From NCBI GenBank assembly GCA_028712705.1, contig JAQTPP010000002.1, forward strand, positions 43,180-107,179: a DNA stretch of 64,000 nt. The letters run 5' to 3'. Positions within the stretch are counted from its first letter, which is position 1, and each line of letters starts with the position of its first letter. Shown here one piece after another: positions 49,995 to 60,311 of the stretch. The DNA is from Candidatus Daviesbacteria bacterium (GTDB taxonomy: Bacteria > Patescibacteriota > Microgenomatia > Daviesbacterales > UBA10151). Made by a program: the position numbers and the translations under genes. The notes below the pieces were generated by a model. The model was not told where the DNA came from and did not search any database. It worked only from the letters and a program-made list of their open reading frames with translations.

Positions 49995-50750
49995 TTATTT
50001 TTCGTAAATTCTGATTGCTTGCCGATATTTACAAAAGTCACAGTCGCTACCACTATTGGGTAGTTTTTCAGATTTTAAACATTCTATAGCATCGAAAATA
50101 GTTCCTTCAACCCAGCTATCGTCTCCTTCGTATGGAAGAATTTTAATATCAAATTCCAGTTTGGCATCAAAAGCTGCTTTGTCTGTATTGCCATTGCAGT
50201 AAACAAAGTATCCGGTATTTGAAACTTTGAAACAGTTTTTCCTAAAAAGCCACTGGTATATTTCCATCTGCCTTTTATAGCCAATTTGCCACTCGGCATT
50301 GAGGGTAACTTCTTCATCTTTGGCAGTAGCCTTGTAGTCAACTATGATTAGTTCTTTTTTGGGATTAACCCAAAGATCATCAATTCCCCCTGTTACCAAG
50401 ACATTACTGTGATCTATTTTTAAAGTTATTCCACCCCGTAGAGAATCTCTCCACTCATCCAACTTTTCGTGAGCCATAGGGACTGCATCAACTTTGTAAT
50501 GTTTCATCAAAGGATGGGGAGTACCATTTGCACGATGAATATCAAACTCTTTTTTTAACAATTTATCTACAGCAGAATTAAGGGAGAAGGGATACCCAGG
50601 CGGTTGAGCAACTCCTAATTTTCTATCAAGGTAAAAACATCTTGGGCAATTTAAATATAAATCAATTTTTGACCTGCTCAAACGAAATAATTCTTTAGAA
50701 TTCTTATCATATAAATTTCTTTTCCTACTTGGATTGTAATATTTAGACAT
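49995..50750 (-). CDS. PD-(D/E)XK nuclease, Cas4/AddB-like
   Basis: LSRSKI..CPRC, GGIDD..IVDYKAT, QMEIY, CDFC; start MSKYYNP overlaps the upstream stop. Confidence 0.85.
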   Translation of the reverse strand: MSKYYNPSRKRNLYDKNSKELFRLSRSKIDLYLNCPRCFYLDRKLGVAQPPGYPFSLNSAVDKLLKKEFDIHRANGTPHPLMKHYKVDAVPMAHEKLDEWRDSLRGGITLKIDHSNVLVTGGIDDLWVNPKKELIIVDYKATAKDEEVTLNAEWQIGYKRQMEIYQWLFRKNCFKVSNTGYFVYCNGNTDKAAFDAKLEFDIKILPYEGDDSWVEGTIFDAIECLKSEKLPNSGSDCDFCKYRQAIRIYEK

Positions 50751-53583
50751 CTTTGAAGTTGTACTTTTGCTCTCTTTTTTGGAAAGCCTCTCTCCCTCCC
50801 TCAAGAATTTCGCAAACGTGCTGGCGGACACCTTTTCTATAAAGTATAGATTTTTCTTTTGATTCCGATAGTTCAAAAGCATTTTCTAGTGATCCAGATA
50901 CATATTCAAATGTATATTTTCTATTATCTCTACCTTTTTCTTGACCTTCCTGGTTTGCTACTATTATTTCTTCGGCATCAGCTCCAACAACTAGATTAGG
51001 GTTATGTGTTACAAAAATAATCTGTCTTCGCTTTTTCTTTTTCTTGATAAAAGATACCAAATCATCGTATACGGATCGATTATCCAAGTCATCTTCAGGT
51101 TGGTCTAAAAGTATAGGCCATTCTTCATTGCTTAGGTCAATTAAAATTCTTAATAACACAAGACCTTTTTTACCAGGAGACATTTTATCCAATGAATCAT
51201 TTTTATATGAAATTTTGAAATCAAGGTAAAAATAGTCATCCAAAATTTTTGTTACTGCTTCTTTGGTAGATTTATTCTTAACAGTTTTTATTTTTCCATC
51301 TATTACGCTTGTGAAAATAGCAGTTATAAAATCTATATGTTCGTTCGGATTGTATTGATATTCATACTCATCTTTCCACTCAGTACCGTCTATCAATCTT
51401 TTAATATCTACTTTATTTATACAACCATTTATTACTTCATCATTAAATCTTTGCTCATTGAATCCTACTAAAACGTTTAAAGAGATTCCGTCAAATCTCT
51501 TTTCATACTTTTTAAATTCGTCCTTTATTGAATTATAACTACCGAATATTTTTTTATAAACATCAATTAAGAATTCTTTCTCATTTTTATGGCTATTTTT
51601 CTTTGATTCTAGATTCTTTTTTTCAATAGCTATCCTATCTAGTTTACCCTGCTCAATCTTAATTTCTTCATTTTTCTTTTTGAGTTCATCTTGGAGTTTA
51701 ACCTTTGCCATTAGAGGTGTTAGATCTTTTCGGATCTCTTCCAAAAGCTTTTGCTTTTCAGAAACTCTAGTATCTATTAATCTAATTATTTTACCTACAG
51801 ATAATAATAAATTATTACGTACAGTTTCTATCTGATGAAATTCTTTTGTAAATTCATTTTTAATCTCCTCATCTTCTAGATATACTAATTGTTCGTTCTT
51901 TAAATTCTCAAAACTTTTTAATTGTTGATAAATATTTTGACTAAATAAATTTATATGCTTTTTATCTTCCGATAAAAGTGTAACCTTTCTTGTTGCTTCT
52001 TGCTCTTTGTTTAATAATTGTTCGTAATCTTTAATTTGTACAGTAGTTAAGCCAGACTTGATCTTGATTTCGTTAGCTTCTTTCTGCAGTTGCTCTAGAT
52101 ATTTCCTAATACCACTCTCCTCTCCAAGTTGCTTTAAAGTTTGTTCAATTTCTAAAATATCATCCCTGAACTGATATAGATTGTTTATGCTAATAGGAAT
52201 ATTTTTTGAAAGGCTTTTAATTTGCATAAGATCACTTTCGTGTTTTTCTTTCACCTCTTTATCTTGAAGTAGTACATCCATTACGAATCTATTTAAAGTT
52301 TCTCTACTTTTTATATTCCTTTCAGAAAGTTTATTTAAATAATTTTGTGGAATATATAAAATCTTTCTTTCATTTTCTTTAACTTGTGCACCTGTATTTT
52401 TGAGAAAAGTACTTGCTCCATCTGTCCAAACGACTTCGAAATTAAAGTTTGGATTTTCGTCGAATGTATAAGGTAAAACTAATTGTCCATCTGTAAATCT
52501 ACCACCAGCTTCAAGTGGATCAATGGTTTTAGCAATATAATAAAGTAATAAAGATTTACCTGTAGATTTACCGCCAATGATAGCTGTTAAGTTATTGTTA
52601 ATTTCTATTGGGTCTGATTGAAAATTTTCATTTCCGGTACTATCAATAAATCGTATTTTATCTATGAGAAAATATGTTTTTTTTGATTCTGGGCGTTCGT
52701 AACCAAAAGCTACTCTATCCCAAGGCTCAAATAAAATTTGTTTTAATCCTTCAAAAGTTTTATCTGCTTTTATCCAAGTTATATCTTTTTCCGTATTGCC
52801 TTGAGTATTAGTGAACTGTTTCCCTAAAAAATTATCAAGATCGGAGAATGAATGACAGTCTGATGTAGTGACAACAGCTTTAGGCTTTGACTGTATACTT
52901 TTATTTTCATAGCGATCAGTTTGTAAGTAATAATCTTTATTGTTAGCATTTCCGAAGAAAAAATCACAAAAGCTGTCAAATGAGTCAGCTAACTCCTTTT
53001 TAACATTAGAGCTAGGAACAGCCCTTAAGCTCCCCATACCTGAAGCCACCCCTACAATGAGATAAGGACAGTCATTTCCAAAACTATCCTCTAAAGTTTT
53101 TTTTAAATCTTCAATCGAAATACTTACCCGATCATATCCGCCACACCCTGTAATATCTGCATCAACACAATAACATTTTGATTCATCAGGTTGTTTGTTT
53201 TGAAGGGGTAATCTAGAAAGAAAGCTTTTTATTCTTGCAATCTCGCATTGAGGATCAAAAATCAGATGGCATTGTAATTGTTCTGTAGCTTGATTAAGAC
53301 TAATATCTAGTCTCAATTCAATATTTGGAAAGAAAACTTTCCCCTCAAAATCTGAATTACCTTGTATCTTTGAGATAAGTTTTTCATACCCATCTATGGA
53401 AAAGTAATCAGTGATACCAAATACTTCTACATCAGAATTCTTAATTCTTTCCAGAAAAAGATTCCAAACGTCATCAATAATACCGCCTCTTATTTTATAT
53501 TGGTCTTCTCTTTTAGTCTCAGGAGTATGAATCTGTAAATCCCACTTCCTCCATACAGAACCCTTTGGGTATAAATTGTTCAT
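50743..53583 (-). CDS. PHP-domain + ABC/SMC-type ATPase (TrlF / Ppl-like defence protein)
   Basis: GSVWRKWDLQIHTP, ITDY, SDCH, TWIKADKTFEGLKQ, GGKSTGKS, coiled coil, SPGKK, LDQPEDDLDN, VTHNPN. Confidence 0.88.
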   Translation of the reverse strand: MNNLYPKGSVWRKWDLQIHTPETKREDQYKIRGGIIDDVWNLFLERIKNSDVEVFGITDYFSIDGYEKLISKIQGNSDFEGKVFFPNIELRLDISLNQATEQLQCHLIFDPQCEIARIKSFLSRLPLQNKQPDESKCYCVDADITGCGGYDRVSISIEDLKKTLEDSFGNDCPYLIVGVASGMGSLRAVPSSNVKKELADSFDSFCDFFFGNANNKDYYLQTDRYENKSIQSKPKAVVTTSDCHSFSDLDNFLGKQFTNTQGNTEKDITWIKADKTFEGLKQILFEPWDRVAFGYERPESKKTYFLIDKIRFIDSTGNENFQSDPIEINNNLTAIIGGKSTGKSLLLYYIAKTIDPLEAGGRFTDGQLVLPYTFDENPNFNFEVVWTDGASTFLKNTGAQVKENERKILYIPQNYLNKLSERNIKSRETLNRFVMDVLLQDKEVKEKHESDLMQIKSLSKNIPISINNLYQFRDDILEIEQTLKQLGEESGIRKYLEQLQKEANEIKIKSGLTTVQIKDYEQLLNKEQEATRKVTLLSEDKKHINLFSQNIYQQLKSFENLKNEQLVYLEDEEIKNEFTKEFHQIETVRNNLLLSVGKIIRLIDTRVSEKQKLLEEIRKDLTPLMAKVKLQDELKKKNEEIKIEQGKLDRIAIEKKNLESKKNSHKNEKEFLIDVYKKIFGSYNSIKDEFKKYEKRFDGISLNVLVGFNEQRFNDEVINGCINKVDIKRLIDGTEWKDEYEYQYNPNEHIDFITAIFTSVIDGKIKTVKNKSTKEAVTKILDDYFYLDFKISYKNDSLDKMSPGKKGLVLLRILIDLSNEEWPILLDQPEDDLDNRSVYDDLVSFIKKKKKRRQIIFVTHNPNLVVGADAEEIIVANQEGQEKGRDNRKYTFEYVSGSLENAFELSESKEKSILYRKGVRQHVCEILEGGREAFQKREQKYNFKDV

Positions 53584-53584
53584 A

Positions 53585-53668
53585 TTATTCTTTATTATTT
53601 TCTACAATCGCAATTTCTTCCTGCGTTAGGCCGTAGAGTTTATAGACAAAATCGTTAAATTCAAACAT
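53585..53668 (-). pseudogene. C-terminal remnant of a Type IIG/TaqI-like RM enzyme
   Basis: MFEFNDFVYKLYGLTQEEIAIVENNKE* matches the typical D..VYKLYGLT.EEI.IVE tail. Confidence 0.65.
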
Positions 53669-53831
53669 ATTAAATAATCACTTGCGCATAAATTTTTCTT
53701 CAAATATGTCATCAAAAACGGTTTCATTACTTTTACGGTAAATGGCATACCAATAATTTTTATCCATTTATCATGAGTTAGTAAGTTTCCGTATAATAGA
53801 CATTAAAATTTTGCTTATTAGTTTCCATATA

Positions 53832-56800
53832 TTATGAATGATACTGTCTCGTTCCTCTACAGTAAGGGAAACGGGAACAACCATAAAATCTACCATACCT
53901 TCCGGTTCTCAATATCATACCCGAACCGCATTTTGGACAATTTTTATCGTTAGAAATTAGAGCATCATTAACATCTTCGGCAGGCTTTTCAACTAATGTA
54001 TAACCCTTACAATGCATACAAAATCGTCCATATCCGGTTGTCAAATCAGGATCCCTAAAGTCTTTATATTCTCTAACTTCCTTACATTTTGGACACTCCT
54101 TCATTGAACCATTTTGTAAATTTTCTACCGTTTCGTGTATATGGCTTATGACATTATTTTTTCCCACCCCATTTTTAACTAAACTAATTATTCTTTCGTT
54201 AAGAGTTGCAATAGGATTGTTGCCAATGTTGAATTTATTAATTCTTAAAAATCTGTAACCGTAACTCTCTAATACTTTTTCTCTATAAATATCTGATTCG
54301 GAATAATAATCTTGGTAGTTGTATTCATTTATTTCATCGGTATCCTTAAAGTGCTCTTTAAAACCGTCATATTCCATGACGATTTTGTGTTCTTTATGTG
54401 TTTCGTCCTTATATACAAGTAAGAAATCAACCTTATATTTTGGATGATTGTAGGTTCTATCGAGTTGTTTCAAATACTTTCCAAGCTCAAACTGTGGAAT
54501 AAACTCAATGCTATCCTTGTGTTTTGTCCAAAACTCCGTTTGATAAAACCAATTCATGACTTCAGGCTCCATCTTAGACTTCTTATCAGCTTCGGTAACA
54601 CTGTGCTCCTTCTTAGATTCGTTAAGAACAAAATAATAGTGTCTTAAGGCTTCACCTATTGAACCGGTATAATTTTCAATAGGTTTACTTAACACAAAAT
54701 GCATACATTCTTTGGCACGGCTTAAACCAACGTTCAATCTTTGAGCTTTTATTCTTCCTTCTTCTTCAACATCAACATCATTTAAATCTTTAATAAACAC
54801 ACCCCAAAGATGATCATCTTCTTCCATCGCAACCATGGAATAAAATACGAGATCTCTTTCTTCGCCTTGGCAGGTGTCAAAAGTCATTATTTTTAATTTA
54901 AAGGTATCGTAAAAGTAATCTTTTTCCGGTAATTGACTAATTTTTTCAACGAGTAATTTCTGTTGATTGGTGTGGGGCGTTATAATACCAACGCTTTGAT
55001 TAGACCCAGACTCTTTGAGTTTTTTCAACTCCGAAATAATATATTTGACTTCCAATTCATTAGAATTTTGCAACAATTCCGTTTTCCCATCATGTTTGAT
55101 AAACGAAAATTTCAGTACTTCATCAATCGACTTCCCTCGAATTTTCATTACCTGTAGGCTGTCCTGATAAAAGTATTTATTTGAATAGGAAATAATCTCT
55201 TTGTAACCTCTAAAATATTTTAAAAGTTGTATATCGTAGTTACTAATAAAATCAAAAAACTCAAGAATTGAGGTTTTAATATTAAACTTTTTGAGTTTCT
55301 CTAATTTCACACCTTCATTTGAAATATTTTTAACAAAGCTGTCTTCAAGTTGACTTAAATATTTCCTATTTTCTTCTGTGCGAGCTTGCGCAGTCTTAAC
55401 GTTACTAAATTGTTTTCTATCTCCCAAAACTAACACCTTTTTAGCTCTCAGAAGTGCAGGAAAGGCCTGAGCTATGCTTACCTGTGAAGCCTCATCTATA
55501 ATTACTAAATCAAATATTTCAGGTTCAAGAGGAATATACTCAGCATAATCTCTAATTCCAGCCAAAATGCAGGGAAAAGCCTCTTTAAGCTTTAGAAATT
55601 CATTTTGTGGAAACTTCATTTTGCTTTGAATTATTTTTTTCAAAGCGGTTGCGGTAGCTTTGTAATTAGTCCAAAAATCAATCAGCCTATTGTCCATGAC
55701 ATGAGTCATTTGTACAGTAAGCAAGCTTTCAATGTCTTTCTTTTGACTATCGTAGTTGAGATCAGGAATGTCTTGAAAATCCTTTTCAATCTTTTGGTTC
55801 AAACTCAAATATCTGATTAATTTATCGAAATCCAAATCAGATATTTTTGTGAAACTATTATCAGTAAGAGTTTTAAATGACGAAAGATTAACTTTTAGTT
55901 TTTTAGCCGTAAGTGGATACTTATCTATATTTGAGCCAAGATATTTTATATCATCATTTAAAGCTATTAAGTCATTTAAAGATGATAGAGTGCTTTCATT
56001 TTTTATGGCTTGATGAAAAAAGTGTAAGTAGTCGAGTTTACTAATAAATTTGTCATCAAGCTTGCCAAATATTTCATCCGCATAATTATAGATGTTCGTT
56101 GCTTCGTCAAGTTTCTTTAGGTTTTGTTGTGGTTCGATTGAAGATGAATATTTAAAATTTTTTCTAAATTCAGTATTTAGCCGCCCTATCTGATCTTTTT
56201 TGAATAGATAGCCGAATAGCCAATTTTTCTCCTCTTTATATTTTTGTATGGACGAGTTTAGGATTTTTAACCTAGAAGAATCGAAGCTTTCGAACTCTAG
56301 AATTGAATTTACTTTATCTCCATATACTTCACGCAGTTTAGCGACAGATGAAGAAAGAGAGCTTAAAAACTGTAAATATTTTTGAAAATCAGATGTATCT
56401 TTGAAGTCATCAAGAGAAAAATCCAATAACTCAAATATTTTTAGTGCCTTTTCATTTTCATCAGTATTAATTACTAAATTAGCTTTAAGTGTTAAAAATA
56501 TCTTCCGGAATTCTTCAAGATCTATCGCAGACTCCTGCTGTTTAACCACTTCTTCTAAATCAATGGGGAAACCATTGTTTGTATGGTAGCTTTCAAGATC
56601 AAAGTATTCGTGAATCTCTTTTATATCGATATCCTTATAAGTCAATATTTCTGCTTCTATGTCCTCCTTTAATGACTTCTGAGATTTATCAATATTCTGT
56701 TCTAGATCCTTATAGTTTTTCTTTACTGCAAGAAAATTATTTGTAATAGCTTTAATTGATATTGGACTTAGTATCTTTGCATAAGCATTACCTATTTTCC

Positions 56801-58430
56801 CCAATCTTAAAACAGGATTTTGAAAATTATCGTCTGTCCTAACTTTGTTCATCGTTTCCGTTATCTTATCCTCTACAACATCAAGAGCCTCTTTCTTATC
56901 AGACAGAACTAAAACAGATTGGTTTTTAAGTATTGCGTTGAAAACAACTGCGGTTATTGTATGGCTTTTACCTGTTCCAGGAGGACCTTGCACAATAATA
57001 TATTTACAATCATCTTGCTTTATAGCTGATAGTATTTGTAGTTGTTCTTCGTTTAATGGAATCGGGCTTTGAAATACAAGTTTATCCTGTACTTCTTGAT
57101 CATTCCAATCTTCTTGAATTTCTATATTGAAACTTTTTGGGTCTTTCTGAATAAAGTCATCAATTAACTTGTTAAAAGCACCAGCTAAAATATTATCCTC
57201 GGAAGAAAGAAGCTTTAAAATTTCTTCGTAATCGTTTACCAACGCTTCATCAGATTTATCGAATAAGGTTATATAGCATGAATTAGACACCCTAACAAGA
57301 AAACTCTTCGCAACCTGCGGGTCCGTTTTATCTATATCAATATTGTTGTCTAATTCAAAAAAGTTAGTGATCTCATTCAGGATTTCGCTTGTTAATTCCC
57401 TGAAATCATCTTGATGTTGTGCTAGATAGATAATTCTTTCAGCAATGGTTTTTAGATTTCCCTTTTTATCTTTTTCTTGATTATATTGCTGTGAAATGTA
57501 TTCAAGTGCTTTCTTGTTTATGTAGACTTGAGAATCAAATTCTATATTCAATAGATCATTTTGTTTTTCTACAGTAAACGGAATATAGAAAATTGGATAC
57601 TTTGCCTTTTCAAAAGTGATATCGCAAAAATATAGATAAAATTCCTGTTTGTCTAAAATGGTACGGTTCCGCTCCATCTCATATACTTCTGCAAATAAAT
57701 CTCCGACACGGAAACTTTCAAAAAACGACAAAATATTAGTTTTGGCATTATCAATGTCAAAAACATCCTTTAATTGCTTAGGAATGTCTACCTTTTCCTT
57801 TGCCAACAGGAGCTTAATAACTTCTGAAATTTTATTTTCAAGCAAGGAGGTGAGAACAGAGGTAAGTTCCTCTTCCATTAAATAGATACTGTCCTCATCT
57901 CCTAAATTTAAGTTCTCGAGTGGTTTTTCTAAATAATTAATAAATGGTAGTACTAATTTTGATTGAATGACTTTTGAAGTTGCTTCGAGGGCTGTACTTA
58001 ACGCTTGGTCATATTCTTTTTTATACAGAGTAGACGATTTCTCAATCTCTCCACCAATTTGTTCAAGCATCTGAGAAATTTGCTTATTCGTTATTTTTGT
58101 AAGAGATAGCTCGATAAGATCAAGAAGATTTTGGGGTATATTTGTACGGTAGACACCTTTTTGGATCGCATTTAAAGCACTTTTGTCAAAAGAATGATTA
58201 ATTGCTTTCCAAACAAGATTAGAAAAAGCCGGATATTTATTAAGGTTTAAACCAATTAGTAGATTATTACCACTTCGTAATTGAACACTCCGTTTTGGGT
58301 TTCTTCTTTTATGGAAATCTGTTTCCAGAAAATCCATAAAGTATTTAGCAACTTCGCGAATAAAAGTAAGGCTCTTGGAGAGACTAAAAACTTTTTCGTC
58401 TTTATCAGTCTCATTATCAATTAATGCCAT
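53832..58430 (-). CDS. SF1 (DNA2/NAM7-like) helicase + Vsr/DUF559-like nuclease + C4 zinc ribbons
   Basis: QGPPGTGKS, IIDEASQ, GDRKQ, QGEERD, RLNVGLSRAK, KVDFL..EYDG..H..GYRFLRI, CPKCGSGMILRTGRYGRFYGCSRFPYC. Confidence 0.88.
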   Translation of the reverse strand: MALIDNETDKDEKVFSLSKSLTFIREVAKYFMDFLETDFHKRRNPKRSVQLRSGNNLLIGLNLNKYPAFSNLVWKAINHSFDKSALNAIQKGVYRTNIPQNLLDLIELSLTKITNKQISQMLEQIGGEIEKSSTLYKKEYDQALSTALEATSKVIQSKLVLPFINYLEKPLENLNLGDEDSIYLMEEELTSVLTSLLENKISEVIKLLLAKEKVDIPKQLKDVFDIDNAKTNILSFFESFRVGDLFAEVYEMERNRTILDKQEFYLYFCDITFEKAKYPIFYIPFTVEKQNDLLNIEFDSQVYINKKALEYISQQYNQEKDKKGNLKTIAERIIYLAQHQDDFRELTSEILNEITNFFELDNNIDIDKTDPQVAKSFLVRVSNSCYITLFDKSDEALVNDYEEILKLLSSEDNILAGAFNKLIDDFIQKDPKSFNIEIQEDWNDQEVQDKLVFQSPIPLNEEQLQILSAIKQDDCKYIIVQGPPGTGKSHTITAVVFNAILKNQSVLVLSDKKEALDVVEDKITETMNKVRTDDNFQNPVLRLGKIGNAYAKILSPISIKAITNNFLAVKKNYKDLEQNIDKSQKSLKEDIEAEILTYKDIDIKEIHEYFDLESYHTNNGFPIDLEEVVKQQESAIDLEEFRKIFLTLKANLVINTDENEKALKIFELLDFSLDDFKDTSDFQKYLQFLSSLSSSVAKLREVYGDKVNSILEFESFDSSRLKILNSSIQKYKEEKNWLFGYLFKKDQIGRLNTEFRKNFKYSSSIEPQQNLKKLDEATNIYNYADEIFGKLDDKFISKLDYLHFFHQAIKNESTLSSLNDLIALNDDIKYLGSNIDKYPLTAKKLKVNLSSFKTLTDNSFTKISDLDFDKLIRYLSLNQKIEKDFQDIPDLNYDSQKKDIESLLTVQMTHVMDNRLIDFWTNYKATATALKKIIQSKMKFPQNEFLKLKEAFPCILAGIRDYAEYIPLEPEIFDLVIIDEASQVSIAQAFPALLRAKKVLVLGDRKQFSNVKTAQARTEENRKYLSQLEDSFVKNISNEGVKLEKLKKFNIKTSILEFFDFISNYDIQLLKYFRGYKEIISYSNKYFYQDSLQVMKIRGKSIDEVLKFSFIKHDGKTELLQNSNELEVKYIISELKKLKESGSNQSVGIITPHTNQQKLLVEKISQLPEKDYFYDTFKLKIMTFDTCQGEERDLVFYSMVAMEEDDHLWGVFIKDLNDVDVEEEGRIKAQRLNVGLSRAKECMHFVLSKPIENYTGSIGEALRHYYFVLNESKKEHSVTEADKKSKMEPEVMNWFYQTEFWTKHKDSIEFIPQFELGKYLKQLDRTYNHPKYKVDFLLVYKDETHKEHKIVMEYDGFKEHFKDTDEINEYNYQDYYSESDIYREKVLESYGYRFLRINKFNIGNNPIATLNERIISLVKNGVGKNNVISHIHETVENLQNGSMKECPKCKEVREYKDFRDPDLTTGYGRFCMHCKGYTLVEKPAEDVNDALISNDKNCPKCGSGMILRTGRYGRFYGCSRFPYCRGTRQYHS

Positions 58431-58491
58431 AGTTTAGATCAATTCTAGCAAAATTCTTTGATTTAAGATAGGAAGAAATTAAACTTGAGAT

Positions 58492-59004
58492 TTACAGACC
58501 CCAGATGCCTCTTTTATTTTTCTTGGCCTCATCTTGAGCTTTAAGTAATAACTCCCGGTAAATAAATGGTTTCTTTTTTTGGTAAACTACAACTTGTGCC
58601 ATGCCAAGTCTGGCAAGTTTCATAGAGACATTTTTGCCATCAACAATTACATAGGCAAGTATCCTGCCAAATTTGTCTCCTTTGTAATTGTCATATTCCA
58701 GTTTTATTTCTTTCCCTTCAACCAATTTTCTGTTTGCTTCAGTGGCCTCTTTTTCAAAAGGCTCATTAGTTTCAGGGGAAGTTATACCAACATACCTGAC
58801 AATTGCCCCGCTGTGCAAAACAATGGTATCTCCGTCAACAATCCGTTCAACTTTTGCTTCCTTTGGAAAATAACTGATATTCTGGGTCTGGTATTTACCT
58901 GTATTTTCAATTAGGTCTTTAATCTTTTTCTCATAAGGAGTATTTTTAAGATGAGGCAATATATCTTCCAGTAAATTTTCTGAAACGGTAATTAGTTTAG
59001 CCAT
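58492..59004 (-). CDS. Thermonuclease (SNase) family protein
   Basis: RIVDGDT, VRYVGI.SPE, DKFGRILAYV, AKKNKRGIW. Confidence 0.88.
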   Translation of the reverse strand: MAKLITVSENLLEDILPHLKNTPYEKKIKDLIENTGKYQTQNISYFPKEAKVERIVDGDTIVLHSGAIVRYVGITSPETNEPFEKEATEANRKLVEGKEIKLEYDNYKGDKFGRILAYVIVDGKNVSMKLARLGMAQVVVYQKKKPFIYRELLLKAQDEAKKNKRGIWGL

Positions 59005-59044
59005 ATTTATGGATCCCGTATCAAGTACGGGATGACAAGGTAGA

Positions 59045-60265
59045 TTAGTTATGCTCAATAAAAGCTTTGTAGCCAACAAGCTTTTTGTTATCCCCTGAAC
59101 TGGAATAGATATTTTTAACTCCAAAGGTGAGATATAACTCATCTTTGGCATAAGTGATGGTAGTGCCATTGGGGTCTGATGAATTGAAGGTTTGCTTGAA
59201 ACCGGAATTTGTAAGCTCTCTGGTATAGTAATCAATAAAGTCTTGAGGAATAGTTTCCAGTTGTGATGATTCAAGGTAGACACCTTCCTGCTCAATTCTT
59301 CTTTTACCTGAAGTAAAAAGTAAGGTTTTGCTTTGGGTTAGTTCCCAAGTAAGGCCGGAGAATAAAGCAGGCAAGATAGAAGGATTAGAGGGGGTAGAAG
59401 GAGAAGAGGGATTAGGGGCAACAGGTAGCGTGGGAGTGGGGGTTGGTTTAGTTTCAAAAGAAACAACTTCGGAGACTTCTATTAAATTAGGGGTTGGGGT
59501 CATGTTGCCTTTAACTTCTACCTTCATGTTTTCAAAATTAGCTAAATTAACATTTTGTGATTTAGGTATTAGAGTCCACATGGTTTTATTTTTATCATTT
59601 GCCTGCAGGTAATATCCTTTGGTAGACTTTTGTATTGTCCCCTGGGCAGTAATTGACCGGTGCAGGATTGGAGAAAAATTGGGGAATAGTTTACCTACAG
59701 CATAGTTCAGGCCTGATTTAAATCCTACTCCAAAACCTCCAATTCCCACCATTATTACAATCAATGCCAGGACAGGAATGCGCAGAGTAATCATTTGTCT
59801 TTTGAGCAGTTTAGCTAAAAATTTCTTGAGATATGTTACAGGATTGGTCAGAAAGAAGCCAAAAAGAGGAGGGTCTTCTTTTTCAGAGGGTTTGGTATTT
59901 TGGTTAATTTCTATGATAGGAGGCAGAATTGAGGAAGGATTAGAGGGAACAGAAGGATTATCCGCCTTCGCCGAGGCTTCGGTGGACGAGGTAGGATGTT
60001 CAGATGTAATGAAGTGACCATGTTCGTCTCTTGGTTTGTTTTGGGCTGCTTCAGAATAATGTTCGTGTTTTAAAGCATCTGGTCCTTCGGCTTCACTCAG
60101 GATCTTCGAGGTATTCGGAGTGTTCAGGGGAGGAGTTTGTGGCGTAGGCGGGATAGGATTAGGTTGGGGTTGTGTCTGGTAAGGACTGTTTGGGTCTACA
60201 GGATTAGTATGGGGGTTAAAGTTAGAGCCAAAAGGTTGAGGCGGATCTTTGGGCAGATTATCCAT
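59045..60265 (-). CDS. Hypothetical Pro-rich single-pass membrane protein
   Basis: 406 aa, P/Q/N-rich N-terminus, TM IPVLALIVIMVGIGGFGVG, PTPTP linker. Confidence 0.7.
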   Translation of the reverse strand: MDNLPKDPPQPFGSNFNPHTNPVDPNSPYQTQPQPNPIPPTPQTPPLNTPNTSKILSEAEGPDALKHEHYSEAAQNKPRDEHGHFITSEHPTSSTEASAKADNPSVPSNPSSILPPIIEINQNTKPSEKEDPPLFGFFLTNPVTYLKKFLAKLLKRQMITLRIPVLALIVIMVGIGGFGVGFKSGLNYAVGKLFPNFSPILHRSITAQGTIQKSTKGYYLQANDKNKTMWTLIPKSQNVNLANFENMKVEVKGNMTPTPNLIEVSEVVSFETKPTPTPTLPVAPNPSSPSTPSNPSILPALFSGLTWELTQSKTLLFTSGKRRIEQEGVYLESSQLETIPQDFIDYYTRELTNSGFKQTFNSSDPNGTTITYAKDELYLTFGVKNIYSSSGDNKKLVGYKAFIEHN

Positions 60266-60311
60266 ATCTTCAGTATACCCTCAAGATAATTTCAGGTGCA
60301 AGCTAAAGATT

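Noticed and set aside
49995-50750. Cas4-like gene as part of a CRISPR-Cas locus
   Set aside because: No array or other cas genes seen in the window
59005-59295. Long N-terminal extension of the thermonuclease ORF
   Set aside because: Overlaps the upstream gene in another frame and crosses a REP-like palindrome (59011-59037)
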